A stretch of 64,000 nucleotides of DNA from an uncultured Sphingobacteriales bacterium. Its GTDB lineage: Bacteria > Bacteroidota > Bacteroidia > CAILMK01 > CAYYUA01. This document shows, piece by piece, positions 50,650 to 60,562 of the stretch. The stretch spans positions 71,338-135,337 of the forward strand of contig CAZLQF010000004.1 of the NCBI GenBank assembly GCA_964561545.1, given 5' to 3'. Position 1 is the stretch's first letter. Every line of letters begins with the position of its first letter. Below the pieces are notes generated by a model. The model was not told where the DNA came from, ran no database searches, and saw only the letters and a list, made by a program, of their open reading frames with translations. The position numbers and the translations under genes were made by a program.

Positions 50650-53076
50650 ATGAAAGTCTCCTACAATTGGTTGGGTCAATATATTAGACATGAAAAGCCT
50701 GTTGAAGCTATAGCTGATGTTTTAACAAATACTGGACTCGAAGTTGAGGAGACAGCCTACTTTACCACCATGCCCGCTCAGTTAAAAGATGTAATTGTTG
50801 GCTATGTGGAACATTTGGATGCCCACCCTGATGCTGATAAATTAGTGGTTACCAAAGTTGATACCGGAGCCAATGAATCAAGCCAGATCATTTGCGGAGC
50901 TCCGAATGTGGCCAAAGGTCAAAAAGTACCAATAGCACAGGTTGGTACCAAACTTACCAATGTTTATGGCGAGGAGGTTAATATAAAAAAAGCCAAGATA
51001 AGGGGGGTTGAATCCCAAGGCATGATCTGCTCAGCGGATGAACTTGGGTTAGGTGCAGATCAATCGGGCATTTTGGTTTTAGATGAAAAAGCTGAAATCG
51101 GAAAGCCACTTTCTGACTTATTTAGTCAATACGAGGATCATGTTTTTGAAATTGGATTGACCCCCAATCGTACCGATGCCATGGGTCACATAGGAGTGGC
51201 AAGAGATATTGCTGCAGTTTTAGACCTGGATTTAACATATCCTTCTGTTGAGGATATCAATACAAACCATGCGGATCAAAAAGCAACTTCAATAACTATT
51301 GAAAATTCACAGGATTGTCCCAGATATTCAGGGATTGTTTTAAATGACTTGAAAATAGAAGAGTCCCCGAAATGGTTGCAAAATAAACTAAAAGCAGTTG
51401 GGCTGAATCCGGTTAACAATGTAGTTGATGTTACCAATTATGTTTTAATGGAAACCGGCCATCCCTTGCATGCATTTGATTGGGATAAAATTGATGGGCA
51501 GCAGGTTTATATAGGTCGGTCTCAACCCGGAGATCAGTTTACCACATTAGATGGCCATCAACATGACTTAGATGGTAAAGAGCTTATGATATGGGATTCC
51601 AAAAAGCCCATTGCCATGGCTGGGATTATGGGTGGCGCTAATTCCGGTGTAGAAGCCAATACAACCACCATATTCCTGGAAAGTGCTTGTTTTGATTCGG
51701 TTACCATTCGAAAAGCCGCCAATTACCACCAAATAATGACCGATGCATCGTTTCGCTTTGAAAGGGGTGCCGATCCCAACATTACGGTGTATGCCCTTAA
51801 AAGAGCAGTTCAGTTATTGAAATCAATTAGTGGGGCAACCATTGCCTCGTCTTTATATGATGAATATCCCAATGTGAGCATGGGGCAGGAGGTTTTTTTG
51901 AATTTGGAATACGTCAGAAAATTATTGGGAGAAAGCATTCCCAAGGCGGAGGTCATAAGGATTTTGAAAAGGTTGGAAATTAAAATAGAAGACCAAACGG
52001 AAGACACCCTTAAACTCAGGGTCCCAAGTTTTCGCGCTGATGTGTACAGGCCTGTAGACGTGGTAGAGGAACTGATCCGAATTTACTCGCTTAATTCAAT
52101 TGAACCAGGCCATAAACTCAATGCTCCCATCAACAATCACCCTGAAAAAAAACGCGAGCAGTTCCTTTATAGGATTGGCCAATATTTAAGTGACAATGGG
52201 TTTTATGAAATGGTAAACCAGCCCTTTGGCGACCAAGAATGGGTTAAACAATACATGCCCTCTTTATCTGATCATGTGGTACCAATTTATAACCCATTGA
52301 GTAAGCAGGAAAACTGTATGCATGCTGATCTTTTATTAACTGGACTGAGATTAGTAGAATACAACCTTAACCGAGGTAATGGCAACCTTCGCCTTTTTGA
52401 AATGGGGAGGACTTATCAAAAATTTAATAAGAATATCCAAGAGTCACCGGTTTTAGGGCTGTGGATTGCAGGTGATTTTAACGCACCTCATTGGTATAGC
52501 AATTCCCAAAAAATGGATTTTTACTATTTAAAAGGGATCATTTACCATTTACTAAATCTCGGGGGAATGGGGAAATTTGAGGAGACGGCAATTGAAGAAC
52601 ACGATTATTTTGAAAACGGTTTAACGTTCAATGCTTTAAATGGAGAACAAATAGGGCAGGTAGGCACTGTGGATACCGCATTATTAAAAGCGTTCGGGAT
52701 CAAGGAAACCGTATTTTATGCTCAGATGAACCTTCAGTCTATAATAAACAATTACGAGCAATTTATTCCTCAATTTAGGGCTATTAGTAAGTACCCTGCC
52801 ATTACTCGGGACCTTTCTATGATTTTAGAACCAGAAGTTAACTTTAAGCAAATTAAGCATTGTATTTATTCAGTTGAACACCAAGGGCTTTTACGAGACA
52901 TTTGGGTTTTTGATGTTTACAAGGGCGAAAAACTTAAGGAAGGTAAGAAGTCCTATGCCGTTCGTTTGATGTTCAGGGATGAAAGCAAAACCCTTAAGGA
53001 TGAGACTGTTGATGGAATCATGGAAGCAGTAATTAAGAATTTACAAAAAGAAATTAACCTGGAAATCAGGAAATAA
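50650..53076 (+). CDS. pheT: Phenylalanine--tRNA ligase beta subunit
   Basis: 808 aa with the N-terminal tRNA-binding OB domain, the B3/B4 and B5 domains, and a C-terminal FDX-ACB domain. Conserved PheT segments are present. Confidence 0.95.
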   Translation: MKVSYNWLGQYIRHEKPVEAIADVLTNTGLEVEETAYFTTMPAQLKDVIVGYVEHLDAHPDADKLVVTKVDTGANESSQIICGAPNVAKGQKVPIAQVGTKLTNVYGEEVNIKKAKIRGVESQGMICSADELGLGADQSGILVLDEKAEIGKPLSDLFSQYEDHVFEIGLTPNRTDAMGHIGVARDIAAVLDLDLTYPSVEDINTNHADQKATSITIENSQDCPRYSGIVLNDLKIEESPKWLQNKLKAVGLNPVNNVVDVTNYVLMETGHPLHAFDWDKIDGQQVYIGRSQPGDQFTTLDGHQHDLDGKELMIWDSKKPIAMAGIMGGANSGVEANTTTIFLESACFDSVTIRKAANYHQIMTDASFRFERGADPNITVYALKRAVQLLKSISGATIASSLYDEYPNVSMGQEVFLNLEYVRKLLGESIPKAEVIRILKRLEIKIEDQTEDTLKLRVPSFRADVYRPVDVVEELIRIYSLNSIEPGHKLNAPINNHPEKKREQFLYRIGQYLSDNGFYEMVNQPFGDQEWVKQYMPSLSDHVVPIYNPLSKQENCMHADLLLTGLRLVEYNLNRGNGNLRLFEMGRTYQKFNKNIQESPVLGLWIAGDFNAPHWYSNSQKMDFYYLKGIIYHLLNLGGMGKFEETAIEEHDYFENGLTFNALNGEQIGQVGTVDTALLKAFGIKETVFYAQMNLQSIINNYEQFIPQFRAISKYPAITRDLSMILEPEVNFKQIKHCIYSVEHQGLLRDIWVFDVYKGEKLKEGKKSYAVRLMFRDESKTLKDETVDGIMEAVIKNLQKEINLEIRK

Positions 53077-53184
53077 AGACTTTTTTTAATCTTCTTTTTT
53101 TTTACTAACTAAGTAAACCAAGATATTTATTAAATTCGATTTTTCTACCTCGGCATGTAATGTATAAATCATGGCATTATTAAT

Positions 53185-53472
53185 TTGATGAAAGTGGAGT
53201 ATAAACTTGACAACATATACGAAAGAGCAAAGGAGCTTGTAAATGAAAATGAGCACCTCAAAGAGGAAAATGCATCATTACGTCAAGAAAATGAGCAGCT
53301 TTCCAAGGAAGTTCAGGAATTAAAAACACAGGTTCAGGTTTTGGAAAATAAAAAACTAAATTTGCAAACTGCCGAGCATATAGTGAACACCAAGAACAAA
53401 AAAGAAATTAAACAACAAATTGACCATTATATAAGAGATATTGACCGATGTATTGAAAAGTTAAAAAGCTAA
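53185..53472 (+). CDS. Small coiled-coil protein (ZapB-like, hypothetical)
   Basis: 95 aa that is almost entirely heptad-repeat coiled coil (LKEENASLRQENEQLSKEVQELKTQVQVLENKK). It sits directly upstream of zapA. Confidence 0.4.
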   Translation: MMKVEYKLDNIYERAKELVNENEHLKEENASLRQENEQLSKEVQELKTQVQVLENKKLNLQTAEHIVNTKNKKEIKQQIDHYIRDIDRCIEKLKS

Positions 53473-53484
53473 TTACTCTACAGA

Positions 53485-53778
53485 ATGAGTCAAAAAGTAT
53501 CTATAAAAGTCAACATTGCTGACAGAATCTTTCCGCTCACTGTAGGATTAGAGGAAGAGGTGTATGTTCGGGAGGCGGCTAAAAAGTTAAATGATAAAAT
53601 CAATAATTATAAAAAGGATTTTGCCGTTGAAGATAAGCAGGTTTTACTTTCAATGTGCGCTTTAGAATTTGCCACAGAGGTAGCCAAGTTTCAAAGTAAG
53701 ACCTGGATAGAAGACGATGGTGTATCGAAAAAGATCAACGAAATAAGTGACCTTTTAAATGGAGATCAAGGTTACTAA
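53485..53778 (+). CDS. zapA: Cell division protein ZapA
   Basis: 97 aa. The N-terminal pattern VSIKVNIADRIFPLTVGLEEEVYVREAAKKLNDKI resembles ZapA (I.I.G..Y.L.C..EEE..L..AA..L...). It is adjacent to rny, as in many Bacteroidota. Confidence 0.6.
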   Translation: MSQKVSIKVNIADRIFPLTVGLEEEVYVREAAKKLNDKINNYKKDFAVEDKQVLLSMCALEFATEVAKFQSKTWIEDDGVSKKINEISDLLNGDQGY

Positions 53779-53814
53779 AGCAATCCTTCAATAATTTACG
53801 GATTAATACATTTA

Positions 53815-53889
53815 GCCGCAACCGATTTTTAAAAGTAGTGAAATGTAATAAGCTTTGGCTACTTTTCAAGAATTGATTGCGGTTTTTTA
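53815..53889 (+). terminator. Structured terminator/attenuator-like element between zapA and rny
   Basis: Nested inverted repeats: an outer ccgcaa/ttgcgg stem enclosing an inner aagtag/ctactt stem, followed by tttttt. It ends about 30 nt upstream of the rny start. Confidence 0.4.
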
Positions 53890-53917
53890 TTGTATAACAA
53901 AATAAATTAAAATATAA

Positions 53918-55489
53918 ATGGAATTATTTAGCATTATTATAGCAGTTGTAGCACTTATCGGAGGGTTTGCAGCTGGTTTTTTTCTTAGAAAAAACTTGTT
54001 AGATAAGCAATTGCAGAAAAAAGAGGAAGAGGCGCAAAAGAAAAGTGATGAAATAATCAATGAGGCCAAGGAAAAAGCAGAAGTTCTTAAAAAGGATAAA
54101 ATCCTTGAATCAAGGGAGAAATTCCTGCAGATGAAGGCGGATCATGAAAAAGAAACTAACAAGAAAAACAAAGAAATCCAGAGTCAGCAAAACAAACTCA
54201 AAGAGCAGGAAAAAGAGTTAAATAAAAGGGAAGAAGACCTCAAATCCCGAGAAAGTGAAGTGCAAGAGTTAAAGAACAACCTTTCTCAAAAACAGGAAGC
54301 TATTGATGCCAAGAAAGAAGATTTGGAAAGGCTTCATAAAATGGAAGTTGAACAGCTTGAGAAAATCTCCGGATTTTCTGCTGCTGAAGCTGAGGAACAG
54401 TTGATGGAATCCCTTAAGCAAGAAGCAAGAACCAAGGCCAAAAGTTATATTAAAGACATCATGGACGAGGCGAAGGCCAATGCTACTAAATCTGCAAGAA
54501 AAGTTGTTATTGAAACCATACAAAGAGTAGCCAGCGAACAGACCATCGATAATTGCATATCCGTCTTTAACATTGATAATGATGAGATGAAAGGCCGTAT
54601 TATTGGCCGGGAAGGTAGAAATATTCGAGCATTAGAAGCTGCTACAGGTGTTGAGATCATTGTGGATGATACACCAGAAGCCATTGTTTTATCAGCTTTT
54701 GATCCTGTAAGAAGGGAGATTGCCAGGCTTGCCCTGCATAAATTGGTGACCGATGGCAGGATCCATCCGGCAAGGATTGAAGAAGTAGTGGACAAAACCC
54801 GAAAAGACATTGAAGAAGAAATCAAGGAAATAGGGGACAAGACCGCTATTGATCTTGGCATTCATGGGCTCCACCCCGAATTGATAAGGATGGTTGGCCG
54901 TATGCGTTATCGTTCCTCTTATGGCCAAAACCTACTCCAACATTCTCGGGAAGTCGCTAAATTCTGCTCTGTCATGGCTGCTGAATTAGGTCTCGATCCC
55001 CAATTGGCCAAACGTGCCGGATTGCTACATGACATTGGCAAGGTAGCCGAGGAAGATCACGAAACCCCGCACGCTATTTTAGGTTCGCAATTAGCAGAAA
55101 AGCACGATGAAAACGAAGCTGTGGTCAATGCCATTGGTGCTCACCACGATGAGTTGGAAATGACTCATGAAGCTTCACCCATTGTTCAAATTTGTGATGC
55201 CATTTCAGGAGCAAGGCCTGGAGCCAGGCGTGAAGTTTTCGAATCCTACATCCAGCGTTTAAAAGACCTCGAAAACATAGCCATGTCTTTTGATGGTGTT
55301 CAAAAAAGCTATGCCATACAAGCCGGACGTGAACTAAGGGTCATCGTTGAAAGTGAGAAGATCGATGACGCCACTTCTGAATCCCTCTCTTATGACATAT
55401 CAGAAAAGATCCAATCCGAAATGACCTATCCAGGGCAGGTGAAAATAACTGTTATTCGTGAGCGCCGTTCGGTCTCTTATGCGAAGTAA
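53918..55489 (+). CDS. rny: Ribonuclease Y
   Basis: N-terminal TM anchor, a long K/E-rich coiled coil, a KH domain ([15 protein letters not shown]) and an HD domain (LLHDIGK...GAHHDE). Confidence 0.95.
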   Translation: MELFSIIIAVVALIGGFAAGFFLRKNLLDKQLQKKEEEAQKKSDEIINEAKEKAEVLKKDKILESREKFLQMKADHEKETNKKNKEIQSQQNKLKEQEKELNKREEDLKSRESEVQELKNNLSQKQEAIDAKKEDLERLHKMEVEQLEKISGFSAAEAEEQLMESLKQEARTKAKSYIKDIMDEAKANATKSARKVVIETIQRVASEQTIDNCISVFNIDNDEMKGRIIGREGRNIRALEAATGVEIIVDDTPEAIVLSAFDPVRREIARLALHKLVTDGRIHPARIEEVVDKTRKDIEEEIKEIGDKTAIDLGIHGLHPELIRMVGRMRYRSSYGQNLLQHSREVAKFCSVMAAELGLDPQLAKRAGLLHDIGKVAEEDHETPHAILGSQLAEKHDENEAVVNAIGAHHDELEMTHEASPIVQICDAISGARPGARREVFESYIQRLKDLENIAMSFDGVQKSYAIQAGRELRVIVESEKIDDATSESLSYDISEKIQSEMTYPGQVKITVIRERRSVSYAK

Positions 55490-55972
55490 TGTGAGGGCAA
55501 TAAAGCTTGATTTAAAAGGCTTGCTATTACCGGTTATTATAATAAAAGCCCTTTGTTAAAGCGATGCTTATTGATTAAGTGATTTGGTGTACTAATACAA
55601 AGCCTTATAAATTTCTAAAGCTTTTTTCTGGGCATGATCTGAGCTTTCGCTTTAAGTTCATTATCATGAACAAGGCATACCTTGTTCTTAGCTACGGTAA
55701 GCTATACTGTAATAAGAATTTTTTAAACAATGCCGCATTGTATTTACAGCCCTTTAGCCTTTCATCCTTAAATATAAATTTAACCAAATAATTTTTGCTA
55801 AGCCCTGGCCTTCACCTGTGAAGCGCTTTTTCTTCTTAGCGTTACTTAATCCTCAAAATTTGGTTGTTTAAACGCTCAAAGAATGTCATGAAGATTACTT
55901 TGGTTATTACCAATAGTAGTTACTGAAACCATTTATGCTTTTATTAAATTGATAATTGAAAAATAGCTACTT

Positions 55973-56617
55973 ATGTCACACATAATCACCCAATCCATCA
56001 TTGATCAAGCTTATGATTATGAGCAATTTAAAAAGGTCGTTAAACACTTATATGATCAAGGTGAACCAACCAGCGGTTCTAACAGTGAAATGCCCTTGCT
56101 TGAGTTCACCAAATTGAATCTGCAACGCATGAACCGGATTGAAAAAACGGTTCAAATGAATAAGGATTTGAAAGCGGAATTGGACAGCCTGCCCAATCAT
56201 GTTTACTGGGTTGTTCTGGCGGAAGGTTGGTGTGGCGATGTAGGGCAAAATTTACCCATCATTGAAAAAATAACTGCTGCTTCTAATAATGTAACCCTAA
56301 AAATCCTATTTCGAGATGAAAACCTGGAAATTATGGATCATTATTTAACGCATGGTGGAAGATCCATCCCCAAATTAATTTGCCTGGATGGTGGTACTTT
56401 GGAAGAACTGGGAACTTGGGGGCCTCGCCCTGAACCAGTCCAAAATGCCATTATGGAAATGAAAGAAAACAAACCGGAAGTTAAACCTCAAAAAGATTGG
56501 GTTGAGGAGATTCATGAATTTATGCATAAGTGGTATGCAGAAGATCAAGGGCATACCATACAACAAGAATTCAAGCAAATGGCAAAGTCATGGAAAGATC
56601 AGCTAACAGTTAGCTAA
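55973..56617 (+). CDS. Thioredoxin-fold family protein (hypothetical)
   Basis: 214 aa with a WCGDV motif at the expected thioredoxin active-site position (a single Cys). Assignment is at fold level only. Confidence 0.45.
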   Translation: MSHIITQSIIDQAYDYEQFKKVVKHLYDQGEPTSGSNSEMPLLEFTKLNLQRMNRIEKTVQMNKDLKAELDSLPNHVYWVVLAEGWCGDVGQNLPIIEKITAASNNVTLKILFRDENLEIMDHYLTHGGRSIPKLICLDGGTLEELGTWGPRPEPVQNAIMEMKENKPEVKPQKDWVEEIHEFMHKWYAEDQGHTIQQEFKQMAKSWKDQLTVS

Positions 56618-56783
56618 TGATTCTGTATTTTCTATAGCCTAAATCACTGGTTTGGCTTGAAATTTATCTATATCATTGTTTAGTTCATTAAATAGAAAAT
56701 GACCACCGTTTAAAAGCCGCATCTTTGCTAATAAAATTGCTTAATATCAAACCTGTGCTTGGGTGTTGTAGTTTAAATAGGGT

Positions 56784-58091
56784 TTATTCTGCACTGTCGG
56801 TGATGAAGATTGTTTTATCGTAGGTTTTATTGCCGAATTGAATTTTTACATGATACCAACCCGGCCTTAAATTCGGGATATCCACCCTTAACTTGTTGGT
56901 TTTAACTTTTTGATAAGAGCGTTTGGCCACTTCTTGCCCGCTTGAATTGTAAATATTAACGTCAAGGGCTTTTTGGGATTCAGCAAAAGTGTTTAAATAA
57001 AAATAGCGCTCGCTTAGCGGATTGGGATAAACATCTACACTGGGGTAAAGGGCTTGACTCCCATCTGCCTCTTGGTTAAGGTTGTCATATTTTTTACTAA
57101 GCCCTGCATCGTATACGTTGGGATAAGCAACGAGTTCGGGTCGGTGGGTAATGATGTAATTCCGCATCCTTCTTTTTTGGCCTTGGGTGAAAATGTTCTG
57201 GCATTTTTCATCGGTGTAATCCATGTAGTTTCTGGTCATACGATCTTCTTCTGGGCATTCATGTTGCTGCCTGGCCTCACAAGGGTTAAATCTTGGAGAA
57301 AAAAAAGGATTTTTACACAATGGCGTGTCTTCGATAAAATCATCTTCCTGGCAGTCACCTCTATTGTAGCCCCAAGTATGGAGTAGGTTCAAGTAATGCC
57401 CTACTTCATGGGTTAAAGTTTTGCCCCAAAAGTTGTTTCCGCGGTTGCCTTCTTCATTTCTACCGAAAAACAGCTTATCAACTACAATTCCGTCTACAAC
57501 GCTTCCAGGAATGGTGTCGCCCAAATGGGTATAGCCTTTAGCCCTTCCGCTAATACTTCGCCCAAGCTCAATGGTATCGACCACCCAAATGTTTAGGTAA
57601 CGGTCCGAAGGCCAACGGCTTAAGTTTTTAGTTCGCATTTCCTGGTCCACATTCAAACGGGCATAATCAGATTGAAGCCGGTTAATTCCATTAGTGGGCT
57701 TTCCATCAGGATCTCGCTTGGCCAGGGCAAATCGAATTTTGGTATCTGTGCTTGCTGGATGATTACTTTTCACGAGGCCTTGATCAGCTAAATCCTCATT
57801 AAGTACTTTAATCTGGTTTTTCACATAAGAATTGGACAAGGTATCTTCTTCGTTAAGCGTCTTTTCATTTTCATAAATTACATGGACCACTGTAGGAATG
57901 ATGTGGTATTCCTGGTTCCTAATATCATACTGGGTGTTGTAAGTTTTACCAAGCACAGATTCACTGGGTTGACTATGGATTAAATAATCGGTAATACAAC
58001 GTGCATTGGTTGAATCGCTTGATTTTTGGGCACTACTTATTATTGGATTAAAGAAAATCAGGCAATATAATATCAGTAAATACCGCATCAA
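56784..58091 (-). CDS. M43-family (pappalysin/ulilysin-like) zinc metalloprotease with T9SS C-terminal sorting domain
   Basis: Zinc-binding HEVGHYLNLLH (HExxHxxxxxH) in an M43-like context, Cys-rich as in pappalysins. C-terminal 80 aa (VDVYPNPLSERYFYLN...IFITD) match the T9SS sorting domain pattern. Signal peptide present. Confidence 0.75.
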   Translation of the reverse strand: MMRYLLILYCLIFFNPIISSAQKSSDSTNARCITDYLIHSQPSESVLGKTYNTQYDIRNQEYHIIPTVVHVIYENEKTLNEEDTLSNSYVKNQIKVLNEDLADQGLVKSNHPASTDTKIRFALAKRDPDGKPTNGINRLQSDYARLNVDQEMRTKNLSRWPSDRYLNIWVVDTIELGRSISGRAKGYTHLGDTIPGSVVDGIVVDKLFFGRNEEGNRGNNFWGKTLTHEVGHYLNLLHTWGYNRGDCQEDDFIEDTPLCKNPFFSPRFNPCEARQQHECPEEDRMTRNYMDYTDEKCQNIFTQGQKRRMRNYIITHRPELVAYPNVYDAGLSKKYDNLNQEADGSQALYPSVDVYPNPLSERYFYLNTFAESQKALDVNIYNSSGQEVAKRSYQKVKTNKLRVDIPNLRPGWYHVKIQFGNKTYDKTIFITDSAE

Positions 58092-58176
58092 TGTATTTTT
58101 ATAAAATGACCTTTGACTTACTCAAACAATGTTCCAAGGTAGGCGCTTTCTATTGTTACCAATTCTTAACGTCTTT

Positions 58177-59364
58177 TTATTGGTTTAGTGTTTTTAATGC
58201 TAAAAACGCCATCAATCCCATACCAGTTTTGAGGGCTTCCTCATCTACATCAAAAGTGGACGTATGAAGCGAGCTATTAATACCCTTTGATGGGTTGGCG
58301 ACCCCTAAGCGGTAAAAACATCCGGGTATAGCTTGCGAATAATAGGCAAAGTCTTCAGCAGTTGGTCTAAAATTTAAATCGTGAACGCAGTCGGCACCTA
58401 AGAACTCAATAGCCCATTCTTGAGCATGCTTGGTGGTAGTTTCATCATTGATCAAGCAAGGATAGCCTTCTTTAATGTTTATTTCGCATGATGCCCCCAT
58501 ACTGCTTACCAGTTCTTCGGCTAACTTCTTAATTTTTTGATGGGCTTCTGCTCGCCAGTTTTCGTCAAATGTTCTGAAGGTGCCCAGTAATTCTACTTGA
58601 TCCGGGATCACGTTATTGATCTCACCCCCATTGATGGAGCCAAAAGACAGGACCGTAGGTATGTTGGGATCCGAATGGCGGCTTACTGTTTGTTGCAGTG
58701 CTACCACCAAATGGGAAGCTATTAAAATCGGGTCTACAGTTTTATGAGGCATGGCTGCATGGCCTCCTTTTCCATTAACTGCTATGGCAATTTCATCAGA
58801 AGAAGCCATGAATTTTCCTGGCTTGAGGCCAATGGTTCCACTTTCTAACTCGGGCATTACGTGCTGTCCAAAAATAACCATGGGCTCCGGATTTTTTAAA
58901 ACCCCATCCTGCATCATCAGGTAAGCACCGCCCGGAATCTGTTCCTCACCAGGCTGAAATATGAGCTTAATGGTCCCTTCCCATTGGTCTTGGTATTGCT
59001 TTAAAATGCGAATGGCACCTAATAAAGCGGAAGTATGAACATCGTGCCCACAAGCATGCATTTTGCCATCATTTATGGACTTATAAGTAGTGTTATTGGC
59101 CTCATGAATGGGTAAAGCATCTAAATCAGCCCTTAAAGCAATGACTTTTTTTGTTGGATTTGCACCTTTAAGATAAGCCACCAAGCCGGTTGGAGTGCAA
59201 TGTTCATAAGGAATTTCCCATTGATCAAGTATTGAGGCTACATAACGAACTGTAACATGTTCTTCGTAAGATAGCTCAGGATGGGCATGCATATGCCGCC
59301 GGTAATTCCTAACTTCTTCAAAAAACTCTTCCGCAGCTGTTTTTATGTTTTGAGCAGTAATCAT
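58177..59364 (-). CDS. M20-family amidohydrolase (N-acyl-L-amino acid amidohydrolase / hippurate hydrolase-like)
   Basis: M20D metal ligands (HACGHDVH; GEEQIPGGA) and a dimerisation domain. 395 aa. Confidence 0.85.
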   Translation of the reverse strand: MITAQNIKTAAEEFFEEVRNYRRHMHAHPELSYEEHVTVRYVASILDQWEIPYEHCTPTGLVAYLKGANPTKKVIALRADLDALPIHEANNTTYKSINDGKMHACGHDVHTSALLGAIRILKQYQDQWEGTIKLIFQPGEEQIPGGAYLMMQDGVLKNPEPMVIFGQHVMPELESGTIGLKPGKFMASSDEIAIAVNGKGGHAAMPHKTVDPILIASHLVVALQQTVSRHSDPNIPTVLSFGSINGGEINNVIPDQVELLGTFRTFDENWRAEAHQKIKKLAEELVSSMGASCEINIKEGYPCLINDETTTKHAQEWAIEFLGADCVHDLNFRPTAEDFAYYSQAIPGCFYRLGVANPSKGINSSLHTSTFDVDEEALKTGMGLMAFLALKTLNQ

Positions 59365-59472
59365 CTGGTTTATAAAATTGCTCTTGATCTTGATGCGTGT
59401 GTTAGCTTGGCTAATGACTTCTATAAATTGTTATGTAGCGTAGCTTATTAATCGTTGTTAATTGGCTTTTAT

Positions 59473-59901
59473 TCATAGATCCGGAAAATTGATCTTATCC
59501 GGCACCAGTAAAACACTGCTAAATTTGTCTACTAAATCGTAATACAGCTTTTGAGCCTCAATCCGGTTCCTGAAATCGCCTATTCTAACTTTAAAATAGG
59601 GTTGCTTATAAATTAGGTAAGCCCTAATATCAGGATATTCCTTTAAAAACTTAGCTTTAATTTTATTGGCCTTTTTACGGCTGGGGCTTGAATAGATTTG
59701 GATGCGATAGCCTGAATAGGTGTTTTCTTTTTTATTGGTTTCAAGGGTTTTTTCAACAAGCGTATCCAGGCTTAAACTGGTATAATAAGTTATTTTACCG
59801 GGACTGGTGGTGTCATAAAGGTTACCGCAGATGGTTTCCTGCGCTTTGATGGGTAATGCGGTAATAACCAAGAAGAAAGCAGCGATGATAAGTTTATGCA
59901 T
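59473..59901 (-). CDS. Small secreted SPOR-domain protein
   Basis: Signal peptide plus a C-terminal SPOR-like segment YRIQIYSSPSRKKANKIKAKFLKEYPDIRAYLIYKQPYFKVRIGDFRNRIEAQKL. It overlaps the deoC stop by 8 nt. Confidence 0.5.
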   Translation of the reverse strand: MHKLIIAAFFLVITALPIKAQETICGNLYDTTSPGKITYYTSLSLDTLVEKTLETNKKENTYSGYRIQIYSSPSRKKANKIKAKFLKEYPDIRAYLIYKQPYFKVRIGDFRNRIEAQKLYYDLVDKFSSVLLVPDKINFPDL

Positions 59902-60562
59902 TTCCCACCAATTTTAAGCCCGAGGAGGTACCCAATCTGTCGGCTCCTGCCTCGATCAGTTCATTAGCAAATTCAACATCTTTGATGCCCCCTGAGGCCT
60001 TTATTTTAATTTTTGGTGAAAGGGTTTCACGCATTGCTTGTACATCCTCTACTCGTGCTCCACCGCCATTAAAACCTGTAGATGTTTTTACAAAGTGCGA
60101 ATCACAATCTTCGCAAATGGCACAAGCATCTCTTATTTCATGCTCGTCAAGCAAAGCTGTTTCTATGATAACTTTGGACACTCTATTTCGAAGGCGGGCT
60201 AAGGTGGTAATACTTTGAATGTCTTCTTTAACCAATGCTTTTTTGCCGGATTTGAACGCAGCTATGTTCATGACCATGTCCAGTTCATCAGCTCCATCAC
60301 TGATGGCTTTTCTGGCTTCTTCAGCTTTGGCGCTTGTCATATTATAGCCAAGGGGAAACCCAATTACAGTGGCTATATTTACCCCTGTATTTTGTAAAAG
60401 TTCGCAAGCCATTTGAACGTAATAGGGCGGAATACAAACAGCAGCAAATTGATTTTGACTCGCTTCTTGACAAAGTTGCTTTACCTGGTTATGCGTGGAT
60501 TCAGGCTTTAACAACGTATGATCAATGTAAGAGGCTATGGCATGTTGCTTAGTTTTTTCCAT
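59894..60562 (-). CDS. deoC: Deoxyribose-phosphate aldolase
   Basis: DeoC motifs are present (IDHTLLKP; CIPPYYV; KVIIETALL; Schiff-base Lys in FVKTSTGF). The start was set at MEKTKQ by alignment to known DeoC N-termini. The ORF-track start 60607 adds 15 residues. Confidence 0.85.
   Translation of the reverse strand: MEKTKQHAIASYIDHTLLKPESTHNQVKQLCQEASQNQFAAVCIPPYYVQMACELLQNTGVNIATVIGFPLGYNMTSAKAEEARKAISDGADELDMVMNIAAFKSGKKALVKEDIQSITTLARLRNRVSKVIIETALLDEHEIRDACAICEDCDSHFVKTSTGFNGGGARVEDVQAMRETLSPKIKIKASGGIKDVEFANELIEAGADRLGTSSGLKLVGNA

Noticed and set aside
55579-55791. 70 aa ORF in the rny downstream spacer
   Set aside because: It is low-complexity (K/F/L/N-rich) with no signal or domain features. 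The region is more likely non-coding RNA or a regulatory spacer.
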